Origin: Candidatus Harpocratesius repetitus
Lineage (GTDB): Archaea; Asgardarchaeota; Lokiarchaeia; Sigyniarchaeales; Promethearchaeaceae
Length of the DNA: 32,000 nucleotides
Assembly: GCA_021498095.1 (NCBI GenBank)
Contig: JAIZWK010000001.1
Span: 390,001-422,000 of the forward strand
Direction of reading: 5' to 3'
Within the stretch, counting starts at the first letter, position 1. Each line of letters begins with the position of its first letter. A model generated the notes under the pieces. That model did no database searches. It saw only the letters and a list, made by a program, of their open reading frames with translations, and was not told where the DNA came from. This document shows positions 1-8,676 of the stretch, in pieces. Made by a program: the position numbers and the translations under genes.

Positions 1-2
1 CA

Positions 3-1304
3 GAAGATGCAATAGGTGCTATAGCTAGAGGTAAAAGTTTAGTGGTTGTGGGTGATTCTGAACAACTACCGCCTACACAATTCTTTACTAGTAAAAAAAG
101 TGATGATGATCTGGATGATTCTCTTGATAGTGAGATTCAAACAATGGAAAGTCTTTTGGATGAATGTACAGGAATTGGATTTCGGGAAAAAATGCTGCGG
201 TTTCACTATCGTTCCAAGAAGGAAGGATTAATTGCATTCAGTAATTTTAATTTTTATAATGGAAAATTGTACAGCTTTCCTGATATTAGCAATTATAGAA
301 AACGATCATCAAAAAGAACACAAATTAAAAATAAATTACCCGCTTCCACAAATTTAACTTCAAGAACCGAGAATTATACAGAAATTCATAATCTCCCAGC
401 AATTGAATTTTGTCATATTCCCAAAGGCGTGAAAGATAAGGGTAAAAACCCAATTGAAGCAAAAGCCGTTGCTAAAGCAATCATTCAACATTATATTAAT
501 AATCAAATCTCGCAAACACAATATTCATTAGGTGTTGTGGCTTTTTCCATAGTTCAACAAGCAGAAATTCAATCTGCACTGCAAAAAATATTGAAGAATC
601 ATCCAGATGTTGAAGAATATATGAATACATCTCAAATTGAATCACTATTTATTAAAAATCTGGAAAATGTTCAAGGAGATGAACGTGATTTCATATTCTT
701 CAGTATTGGTTATACACGGGATGCAAATGGATCATTTAGTTTAAATTTTGGTCCATTAAATCGAACAGGAGGATATCGTCGGTTAAATGTTGCAATAACC
801 CGGGCGCGTTATCATATCAAGCTTTTTGCATCTTTTCTTCCTTCAGAAATTCCAATTGAGCGAGTAAAGGCAAGAGGGTTACGAGAATTAATTGCCTACA
901 TGCATTATGCTCGAAATCAAACACTTCCTAAAATGATAACAACAAAAAATCAGAATATTCGAGACCTAATTGATGATGATTCATTAGAAGGAGATATTTT
1001 GGAATCTTTAAAAAATGAGGGATTTCAAGTGGTGCCAAAGGTAGGAATTTCCAATATTCGAATCGATTTAGCTATTGTTCATCCAAATGATCCAAATCGT
1101 TTTATCTTAGGTATTGAATGTGATGGAGGTTCTTATGCTGAAGCAGTTAATGCTCGTGATCGGGATAGAATTCGCTATAATGTTCTTACTGGGTTAGGAT
1201 GGGAGATTATACATGTTTGGACACCAGAATGGATAAAGAATAAACAAAAAGTAATTAAAAGAATAAAGCGAAAAATTACTTCCATCATGCACAAGGAACC
1301 ATAA
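3..1304 (+). CDS. C-terminal part (5'-truncated by window) of an SF1 (Upf1/Dna2-like) helicase with C-terminal Vsr/DUF559-like (MTES_1575-type) nuclease domain; DUF4011/Hhe-like
   Basis: Frame is open from nt 3 (EDAIGAIARGKSLVVVGDSEQLPPT). Helicase motifs HYRS, NPIEAKAV, GVVAFSIVQ, KNLENVQGDERD and RRLNVAITRAR are present, followed by PKVGISNIRIDLAI..LGIECDG..RDRDRIR..LGWEIIHVW, typical of the nuclease domain. The ORF-track start at 42 is internal. Confidence 0.85.
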   Translation, partial: EDAIGAIARGKSLVVVGDSEQLPPTQFFTSKKSDDDLDDSLDSEIQTMESLLDECTGIGFREKMLRFHYRSKKEGLIAFSNFNFYNGKLYSFPDISNYRKRSSKRTQIKNKLPASTNLTSRTENYTEIHNLPAIEFCHIPKGVKDKGKNPIEAKAVAKAIIQHYINNQISQTQYSLGVVAFSIVQQAEIQSALQKILKNHPDVEEYMNTSQIESLFIKNLENVQGDERDFIFFSIGYTRDANGSFSLNFGPLNRTGGYRRLNVAITRARYHIKLFASFLPSEIPIERVKARGLRELIAYMHYARNQTLPKMITTKNQNIRDLIDDDSLEGDILESLKNEGFQVVPKVGISNIRIDLAIVHPNDPNRFILGIECDGGSYAEAVNARDRDRIRYNVLTGLGWEIIHVWTPEWIKNKQKVIKRIKRKITSIMHKEP

Positions 1305-1322
1305 AAATTTAAATGCTACCAA

Positions 1323-1970
1323 ATGCAATCAATTTTTATGAATATTAAAGATTTTCTTCCCATGGATCCCGAAATTGAGCAAATGCACTACGATAAGAAG
1401 ACAGAAGATTCTCTTTCTAAATTACAATACTTAGAAGATGGGGTGCGTCGCTCAATAAAAGATTTGGCAAGTTCACTTAAAAAATCTTCAGAAGAATTGG
1501 AAAATCTTCTGCAGATCCAGCAAGAAAGTGAAAGAAATTACATACAACTTGTAAATCGCCATAGTGATCTGATTTCCAAAAACGATCTTGCTCAAATTAA
1601 GCAAGAAAACAAGCAAATCGAACTTCGTTTGAGCATTCAACAAAATATCAATAATGCTCTTTTAGATTTAGCAAATAACTATAAAGAATACTCAAAAAGT
1701 CTTAAAGAATTAGAAAAGATAATTGAAAAATTAAATAAAAAGCAATCTTCTTGGCGCGATGCTGCAGCAGAACTAGCAAAACTACGAGGTTCACAAATGG
1801 CATCAGGTGGGAAGTTAAATAAGGTTGAAAAAAAAATTGAATCAAAAAAAGCAGATGTTATTAAGATTCGTACAGAGATAAAGCACCGTCAATCATTTGT
1901 TGAAACGAATTTAAAGCACATTAATGAAACTTTACTCAAATTAAAAAATTCGATCAAGAATTTCGTATAA
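1323..1970 (+). CDS. All-helical coiled-coil protein, possibly BAR-domain-like
   Basis: 215 aa, heptad-rich and charged, with no TM segment; internal Pro only near the N-terminus. Start could be 1323, 1338 or 1362. The BAR similarity is pattern-based only. Confidence 0.6.
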   Translation: MQSIFMNIKDFLPMDPEIEQMHYDKKTEDSLSKLQYLEDGVRRSIKDLASSLKKSSEELENLLQIQQESERNYIQLVNRHSDLISKNDLAQIKQENKQIELRLSIQQNINNALLDLANNYKEYSKSLKELEKIIEKLNKKQSSWRDAAAELAKLRGSQMASGGKLNKVEKKIESKKADVIKIRTEIKHRQSFVETNLKHINETLLKLKNSIKNFV

Positions 1971-2001
1971 ATAGCACCTTTGACTCTACTTTTTTATCAT
2001 T

Positions 2002-2997
2002 TTAATTCAAGATTTGCTTTCGATAAAATTCAACCATATTCTTGAATAATTCACAATGATGGCTTAGACCAAATGGAGGAATAAGATCATCTTGGATAAT
2101 TCCTCCAATAATTGCTTTGGTAACATTGAATATTGAGATTTCTTGAGCGTCATCCCCTGGGCGAAAGATTTTCTTTAAATCCTTTTCTTCAACTTTATGA
2201 TCTCCTAAATTCAGATAAAGAGCGTAAGCATCAGTCATATATACTCTTTTAGTCCCATCAGGGTTTCTTTCTTGTTCTGTTGTTGGGATGGTTGTAATAT
2301 AATAGATTTTTGCAGAAATAGAGCGTAAATCAGGAGAAATATTTTCAAACCCATTTACTATAACCGGTATTTGATCAACAGAATAGTTTTCTCGAAGTTC
2401 TTCAAGATTTCCTTCATATTCTATCTTTAGATGGCTTTCTTCTTGAACTTCTTTTAACATAGTATATATTCCTGAATCAAGAACTGAAGAAGTGTTTCTA
2501 ATACCTCCTATTATTGCTGGAGAATCTTTACCTGGTGGATTTTTTCGTACAATGCCGACAAAATAATGTTGAGCTCTTGCTTTGATGAAAATACCCAAAT
2601 CAGCAGCCAAAGTAGGTTTATTCCATGCTAAATGACCAATAAAATTAAGATAAATGAATTTTTCTCCACTAATTTGAAATTCAGTGCATTTTATGTAATC
2701 TCCATATCGTCCAGGATATATTTTTTCTGTTTTAGTAAGTTCTAAATAATAAGACAACAGATAATCAACAATTTCGCTTTTTGAAGCATGTGTAATATTC
2801 CATACTATAGGATGAGAAGAGATTTCTGTAAATTTTAATTCTATAATAGGAGCAGAACTGCGAAAAGAAGCACCAATTGGTTCTAATCCTTTACCTTGGA
2901 TTTTCCCATCTTTAATTAAAAGCCAATACTCTTTTATTATCACATCAAAGGGTAAATCCTTTTTTTTTTCAATGGATTTCTTATAAATAAATTTCAT
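2002..2997 (-). CDS. Nudix-fold hydrolase-like protein with N-terminal extension
   Basis: PTLAADLGIF..VGIVRKNPPGKDSPAIIGG resembles the strand/loop preceding the box in ADP-ribose pyrophosphatases, followed by a divergent Nudix box (..MLKEVQEESHL). Confidence 0.65.
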   Translation of the reverse strand: MKFIYKKSIEKKKDLPFDVIIKEYWLLIKDGKIQGKGLEPIGASFRSSAPIIELKFTEISSHPIVWNITHASKSEIVDYLLSYYLELTKTEKIYPGRYGDYIKCTEFQISGEKFIYLNFIGHLAWNKPTLAADLGIFIKARAQHYFVGIVRKNPPGKDSPAIIGGIRNTSSVLDSGIYTMLKEVQEESHLKIEYEGNLEELRENYSVDQIPVIVNGFENISPDLRSISAKIYYITTIPTTEQERNPDGTKRVYMTDAYALYLNLGDHKVEEKDLKKIFRPGDDAQEISIFNVTKAIIGGIIQDDLIPPFGLSHHCELFKNMVEFYRKQILN

Positions 2998-3100
2998 TTT
3001 TTTTTCTCCTTATTAGTTAGATCTTCTCATTCAAACTTTATTATTTTGTGTCGGCTTTTATAATTATTGAATTTTTTTTAGAAAGACTATATTTTATATG

Positions 3101-3484
3101 TTATTGAATAAAAGCACCAGGTTTTATCTTGTCATACAATTTTGAATCTGGTTTTAATAGAACGGCAGTACCATTTACATCTGCTGCAAGCAACATACCA
3201 TTGCTTTCTAAACCCATCATCTTTCGTGGTTTTAAATTTATACAAACAATAATCAATTTATTAATTAGATCTTCAGGTTGATACCATGCTGCAATTCCAG
3301 AAAGAATTTGCCGCGGGTTAGGTTCCCCCACATCTACTTGAAGTTTTAATAGATTTCGCGATTTTAGAACCTTCTCAGCACTTAGTATTTTACCTACACG
3401 CAGATCTACTGCTTCAAACTGCTTGTAGTCAATGATTTCAAGAGTTTTGTGAGATTCTTCGGATGATTGTGATTTGTCGACCAT
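3101..3484 (-). CDS. Stand-alone tRNA-binding OB-fold protein (MetRS C-terminal domain / CsaA / Trbp111 family)
   Basis: FEAVDLRVGKILSAEKV..LLKLQVDVGE..RQILSGIA..CINLKPRKMMGLESNGMLLAA are hallmark tRNA_bind motifs. Confidence 0.9.
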   Translation of the reverse strand: MVDKSQSSEESHKTLEIIDYKQFEAVDLRVGKILSAEKVLKSRNLLKLQVDVGEPNPRQILSGIAAWYQPEDLINKLIIVCINLKPRKMMGLESNGMLLAADVNGTAVLLKPDSKLYDKIKPGAFIQ

Positions 3485-3530
3485 TTTTTTCTCACTAACA
3501 ACAACTTTTCTTAATTCATAAAATTTCTTA

Positions 3531-3844
3531 TGAGGGTATTTTAAATTTCAAAGATTCGAAGTTTTTCATTTCATCATCTGAATTCTTCCGACTCAAATCC
3601 AAAATATCCTTCTTTATTTTTTGTCGATTTTACCAAGGTGCCAAATTCAAGATATGTAAATCAAAAATTATAATAAAATCAACTTCAGATTGAAGAATTT
3701 ATAAACAAGATGGTATATTTTTAACAATTTCTTTGAAAAAATCGAGTTCGACAAAAAAAGAATTGCTATATTTCAGATATAAGTCGGATATATATGAATG
3801 ATATTCAAAAAAGCGTTTAAATTAAAAAAGATGAAACATCCTCT
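3531..3844. mobile_element. MITE-like non-autonomous element, copy A (314 bp)
   Basis: Reverse complement of 8677-8990; manual alignment of 3529-3847 vs 8674-8992 gives 21 mismatches and no indels. Flanked by TA at 3529-3530 and 3845-3846. Ends TGAGGGTATTTTA...TGAAACATCCTCT form a degenerate TIR. Confidence 0.75.
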
Positions 3845-3940
3845 TATAATGAAAAAAAAATATCAAAAATATTAAATAATGGAACTCTTGCAAAAGTGAT
3901 GCAGCAACAAATTGAGAGTCTAGTAAGAAAGAAAAAATAT

Positions 3941-4804
3941 ATGAAGGAACTTAATATCTCTACTGAGGTAAAAATTGACGATCCCAGAGGCTATAAGGTC
4001 CAAAAAATATCGAAAATGGCTCGGTTAATTGATGAATTTACCACTTTGGCAAAACGAAAGAATATCATTTGGAGTTTTACTCAATGTGATGTAACTGAAG
4101 CGCGTCGTAAAATAAGGAAACATTATGAACAAACAGGAGAAAAAATCAGTTTTACTGCTTTTATTATTACGGTCTTTGCGAGAACAGTTGCAAATCACAA
4201 AAATCCAATGAATGCTATGCGGAAAGGAAAAAAGAAATTGTATATTTTTGATGATGTAGATGTAATGACGAATATTGAACGAAAGTTACCCGATGGAACG
4301 AAAAAGCCAGTCTCTTACACCATTCGAAAGGCACAGACAAAAACATTGAAAGAAATCAGCCAGGAATTACGTGAAGCTCAACAGGTAAAACATGTTCAAG
4401 CAGCAACTGGACAAAAAAACCCTATTTTGAAAAAATTGGCGAAAAATGTTCATAAATTTCCAAAATTTATCCGTCGTATTATATTAAATAAAATGTTCAG
4501 CGATCCTATCTTTAAAAAGAAAGCTATGGGAACTGTAGGAGTTACAGCAGTAGGAATGTTCGGTTCCGGCATGGGAAAGATGATACACCTTACTCCACAT
4601 ACCCTTAGTTTGGGAGTAGGAGGTATGGAAAGTCTCCCAACAAATTATGAAGGTAAAATTATCTTGCGAGATCAAATCGGTTTGACCCTTGCCATGGATC
4701 ATGCAATTATAGATGGCGCTCCTGCAGCGCGGTTTTTCCATGATCTACGACAGATGATTATGTTTTTCTGTCACGAAGCAGATTGGTGTTTTAAATCACT
4801 TTAA
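3941..4804 (+). CDS. Stand-alone 2-oxoacid dehydrogenase E2-type acyltransferase catalytic domain (no lipoyl domain)
   Basis: Catalytic DHAIIDG (HxxxDG) motif, QCDVTEAR and ISFTAFII motifs, VGVTAVGMFG. ATG 3941 is preferred over GTG 3896. Confidence 0.85.
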   Translation: MKELNISTEVKIDDPRGYKVQKISKMARLIDEFTTLAKRKNIIWSFTQCDVTEARRKIRKHYEQTGEKISFTAFIITVFARTVANHKNPMNAMRKGKKKLYIFDDVDVMTNIERKLPDGTKKPVSYTIRKAQTKTLKEISQELREAQQVKHVQAATGQKNPILKKLAKNVHKFPKFIRRIILNKMFSDPIFKKKAMGTVGVTAVGMFGSGMGKMIHLTPHTLSLGVGGMESLPTNYEGKIILRDQIGLTLAMDHAIIDGAPAARFFHDLRQMIMFFCHEADWCFKSL

Positions 4805-4815
4805 TTGTGAAAAAT

Positions 4816-4852
4816 CTTTTTTTCTAAGGTGCTTTTTTTAAGGTGTTTTTTT
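4816..4852 (+). terminator. Probable U-rich terminator made of a short tandem duplication (CTTTTTTT(CT/-)AAGGTG x2 plus T7)
   Basis: Three T7 tracts separated by AAGGTG, immediately after the stop at 4804. Oligo-T termination is established for archaea. Confidence 0.4.
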
Positions 4853-4920
4853 ATTACACTAAAGCTTAAATGCCAAGAATTGAAAACTTTTAAAATTTCC
4901 ACTCACATGATAATTAAAGT

Positions 4921-6651
4921 ATGTCGAGCACAAAACTTAGACCTTGGTTAAAATATTACGGAAAAGTACCTCATACAATTGAGATTCCCGAAATAACCTT
5001 ATATGAAAAATTAGTAGAGACAGCTAAAAAATACCCAAATGAAATTGCTTGGGACTTTATGGGAACAAAATATACCTACCAAAAATTCCTAAACGAAATA
5101 GATCAATTTGCAAAAGGATTAGTTGCAATTGGTTTTACAAAAGGTGATACAATTACTATAAGTATGCCTACAGCACCTAATGGAATAATACCGATTTATG
5201 CTGTTAATAAACTCGGTGGAATCTGTTCAATGATTCATCCATTAAACCCGCCTTCAAAAATTAAAATGTTTCTTAATATGTCAAAAAGCCGTTTTGCTTT
5301 AACATTAGATGCATTTTATTCATCATTTAATGAAATTCTAGATGAAACATTTGTAGAAAAGCTAATTCTTGCCAAAATTGGAGATTATTTAAGCCCAATT
5401 ATGCGATTCGGATTCTGGTTAACAAAAGGCCGCAAAATTAAGAAAATTCCTCCAGATCATCGTGTTCTCTGGTACAAGCAGATCATGAAAAATCCTTCTC
5501 GTCAAACAATTAAATCTGATATGAAGGCAGATGATCCCGCAATAATTCTATATTCGGGAGGAACAACTGGAATTCCTAAAGGAATTATGCTTTCTAATAA
5601 AAATATGATTGCAGAAGGAATGATGGCAGCATATTGGGGGAATCTTTCTCCAGGAGATCGCATTTTAGCAATTCTTCCGATTTTTCATGGTTTTGGATTA
5701 GGAGTATGCGTAAATGCAGCATTTATGACTGGAGGTGCCAGTATTTTAGTTCCAACTTTTACACCTGAAACTGTAGCAAAATTAGTTAAGCAAAAACGCC
5801 CTCAATATTTAATTGGAGTTCCCACACTTTTCGAAGCATTAGCTAACAATCCTCAATTTCAGCAAACAAACCTATCTTGCTTAAAAGTTTGCTTTTCAGG
5901 TGCAGATACATTACCTCGAAAAGTTAAAGAAAATTTTGAAGGAGTTGTTAAAAGAGCAGGCGGAAATGTGGTATTACTCGAAGGATATGGTCTCACAGAA
6001 GCAGTAACAGCTATAATGGCGTCCCCTATCGAAGAATATAGGGAAAACAGTATAGGAATTCCATTTCCAAATATGGATGCTAAAATATGCAAATTAGATT
6101 CTATTGAAGAACAAGAAATTGGAAAAGAGGGTGAAATTGTGGTGTCTGGTCCTGCAGTTATGTTAGGTTATATGAACCGCCCTGAAGAAACTGCAAAAGT
6201 ATTAAAGAAACATGCTGATGGCAAAATTTGGCTACATACAGGTGATATTGGGTATCAAGATGAAGATGGATTTTTCTACTTCAAATTACGGCAGAAACGT
6301 ATGTTGAAAGTAAGTGGAGTAAATGTTTATCCTAAAAACGTTGAAGAAGTTATTCGAAAGAATCCCAAAGTAGCACAAGTATGTGTAATTGGAGTTCCAG
6401 ATAAAAAGCAAATTTCTCGTGTAAAAGCATTTGTTGTTTTAAAACCAAACATTCAACCTTCAGACGAAATAAAGAATTTGATTCTTGAAACATGCAGAAA
6501 AGAGCTACTGAAATGGGAAACTCCCAGAGAAATTGAATTCCGAACAGAACTTCCTTTAACATTAGTGGGAAAAGTGGCATTTAAAGAACTGGAAGATGAA
6601 GAATTAGCAAAATTAAAAGAAAAAAAAGACTATCCATTTGATGAAGAATAA
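4921..6651 (+). CDS. fadD: Long-chain fatty acid-CoA ligase (AMP-binding, adenylate-forming)
   Basis: YSGGTTGIPKG, EGYGLTE, GEIVVSGPAVMLGY, WLHTGDIG and LPLTLVGKV motifs. Confidence 0.92.
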   Translation: MSSTKLRPWLKYYGKVPHTIEIPEITLYEKLVETAKKYPNEIAWDFMGTKYTYQKFLNEIDQFAKGLVAIGFTKGDTITISMPTAPNGIIPIYAVNKLGGICSMIHPLNPPSKIKMFLNMSKSRFALTLDAFYSSFNEILDETFVEKLILAKIGDYLSPIMRFGFWLTKGRKIKKIPPDHRVLWYKQIMKNPSRQTIKSDMKADDPAIILYSGGTTGIPKGIMLSNKNMIAEGMMAAYWGNLSPGDRILAILPIFHGFGLGVCVNAAFMTGGASILVPTFTPETVAKLVKQKRPQYLIGVPTLFEALANNPQFQQTNLSCLKVCFSGADTLPRKVKENFEGVVKRAGGNVVLLEGYGLTEAVTAIMASPIEEYRENSIGIPFPNMDAKICKLDSIEEQEIGKEGEIVVSGPAVMLGYMNRPEETAKVLKKHADGKIWLHTGDIGYQDEDGFFYFKLRQKRMLKVSGVNVYPKNVEEVIRKNPKVAQVCVIGVPDKKQISRVKAFVVLKPNIQPSDEIKNLILETCRKELLKWETPREIEFRTELPLTLVGKVAFKELEDEELAKLKEKKDYPFDEE

Positions 6652-6696
6652 AATCTCTGTGTAGTGAATAAATTATTTTTCTTTGCTTTTATTACT

Positions 6697-7593
6697 TTAT
6701 TTCAAAGGAATATTGTTTAATGTCTCAAAAACTTGATAAATTGCTTGAGTTCCCTTATTTTCAAGCCCTAAATTCATTGCAACTAAATAAAATTGATGAG
6801 CAAGAGAGAGTCCTGGAAGAGCTAAATGCATTCTTTCTGCTTCCTTGAGAGCGATTGCCATATCTTTCACAAAATGCTTAATAAAAAAGCCAGAATCAAA
6901 ACGACCATCCACCATGCGTTTTCCTAAATTACGAACAGACCATGATGCACCGGTACCTTTTCCCATTATTTCTATGGTCTTTTTCAAATCTAATCCTTGT
7001 TTATATGCAAATTGCAAAGCTTCAACCACTCCAATCATTGTATTGGCGATTAATATTTGATTGCTAATTTTCGCAGATTGTCCTGAGCCTGTTTCGCCCA
7101 TATATGTGATATCTTCTGCAAAAGTTTTGAATAATGGATAGATCTCATCAAATATTTCTTCATCGCCCCCTACCATAATAGCTAATTGTTTATTTCGAGC
7201 AGCCAAATCAGGACCTGAAATTGGTGCATCTAATGCATGTGCTCCTTTTTTCTGGGCAGCTGTGTAAATTTCTCGTGCGAGAGCTGGCTCAGAAGTCGTC
7301 ATATCAATTAAAATCGTTCCTTCTCGTACTCCATTTAATAAACCACCTTGCCCATTTTTTCCAAAATATACTTGTCTGACATCATCTGGAAATCCTAACA
7401 TTGTGAATATAATTGTACTTTTTTCTGCAACTTCTTGGGGACTTAAACAAACTTTTCCCCCAATATCAACGAGATCATTACATTTTTCTATAGTACGATT
7501 AAATATAGCAACTTCATGTCCCGCTTTAATGAGATGGGAAGCTAGAGTCTTTCCTGTAGCTCCTAAACCAATCCATCCGATCTGTCTAGCCAT
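6697..7593 (-). CDS. NAD(P)-dependent beta-hydroxyacid dehydrogenase (3-hydroxyisobutyrate DH / tartronate semialdehyde reductase family)
   Basis: IGWIGLGATG Rossmann motif, LDAPISG, GSGQSAKISNQ with the catalytic Lys, FFIKHFVKDM. Confidence 0.9.
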   Translation of the reverse strand: MARQIGWIGLGATGKTLASHLIKAGHEVAIFNRTIEKCNDLVDIGGKVCLSPQEVAEKSTIIFTMLGFPDDVRQVYFGKNGQGGLLNGVREGTILIDMTTSEPALAREIYTAAQKKGAHALDAPISGPDLAARNKQLAIMVGGDEEIFDEIYPLFKTFAEDITYMGETGSGQSAKISNQILIANTMIGVVEALQFAYKQGLDLKKTIEIMGKGTGASWSVRNLGKRMVDGRFDSGFFIKHFVKDMAIALKEAERMHLALPGLSLAHQFYLVAMNLGLENKGTQAIYQVFETLNNIPLK

Positions 7594-7909
7594 AATTCAT
7601 CACTATAATTCATTGACGAGAGAAAATTAATAATTTTATGGTTATTTTCTTCTTTGGGTACAAAAATTTTATATATTCGATTTATTTATCGCTTTATTCA
7701 TTGAATAACTATTTCACACAAAAATTCTATTAGATTAGCAATTAATTCAAAATCAATAGATTTACTTAATACTATAACTTTATTTCACTATTCTTTTTAA
7801 TACTAAAACAATAAAAAATAAATATAGGGAATTTATTGAAAAATAATAGCCTAAATAATAATAATATAATGATCAAATGATCAAGTAAAAGATTTAATTA
7901 CAAAAAAGG

Positions 7910-8086
7910 ATGGTCAAAATGGAACGAACATGTGAAAATTGCGCAAACTTCTTGTGTTGTCAAATTGAAAAGGATCCACGTGGATATTGTGAAGCAGATC
8001 CAGATGTACTGGGCTATTGCTCGTTATGGGATGGAGCCATATACAAAATTGAACCGTGTGAAGGCTGGAAAGCAAAAATTGCTTAA
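7910..8086 (+). CDS. Small Cys-rich protein missed by the ORF track (58 aa from ATG 7910, 55 aa from ATG 7919)
   Basis: Manual translation: MVKMERTCENCANFLCCQIEKDPRGYCEADPDVLGYCSLWDGAIYKIEPCEGWKAKIA*. It has 7 Cys, is visibly GC-richer than its flanks, has AAGGA abutting the start and a T-rich tract after the stop. Confidence 0.75.
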   Translation: MVKMERTCENCANFLCCQIEKDPRGYCEADPDVLGYCSLWDGAIYKIEPCEGWKAKIA

Positions 8087-8676
8087 TTCTTTTTTTATTT
8101 TTAAATAATTTTTCGACTATTTTTAAGAATAAAGGATCAATTAAGAGAAGCCTTATTTTTTAAATTATTTCAAAATTATCGTTCAAAAAAATCTTATTGA
8201 CAATTTCATTGAAGTTTTAGAGCATAACATACACTATTTAAAGCTTATGACAAAGAAAAGCAGGGATATGCATAAATTGATATTTTTTATAAAACTCTCA
8301 AACTGGCAAAAATATGTTTTCCGCAGATACAGTTGCTATAAAGGAAATACAAGACTATTTGTGACAAAAGTTTTATTAAATAATCTGGCGGAGAATATTA
8401 ATAGTAGGATTAAGACTCGTGTGCATTAAACTGGTCTTAAAACACCTGAGGGTTTATAACAGCGACTTCAGGCATAAATTACAATCACAAATTAACACGA
8501 AATCTTAGGAAATACCATTGTTCCACACCGATTTAGCCCAAAAATGCTCTTTAATGAGTGGAATAATTCAGAAATTAAACGATTATTTCAATTAAACGAA
8601 AAATGGGGGAAAAAATTTAAACCGAGGTGTTAGTGAATTGATCCTTCGTAATTAAAAATAGCCAATTTTTCTAATA

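Noticed and set aside
8247-8429. 60-aa ORF in the intergenic gap
   Set aside because: No motif or protein-like pattern, and it overlaps the putative TATA box and stem region; likely a chance ORF.
7630-8640. Possible replication origin (very AT-rich tract, TTCCAC/GTGGAA half-sites, G5 run)
   Set aside because: No contiguous ORB consensus, no repeated ORB copies and no adjacent orc1/cdc6 gene.
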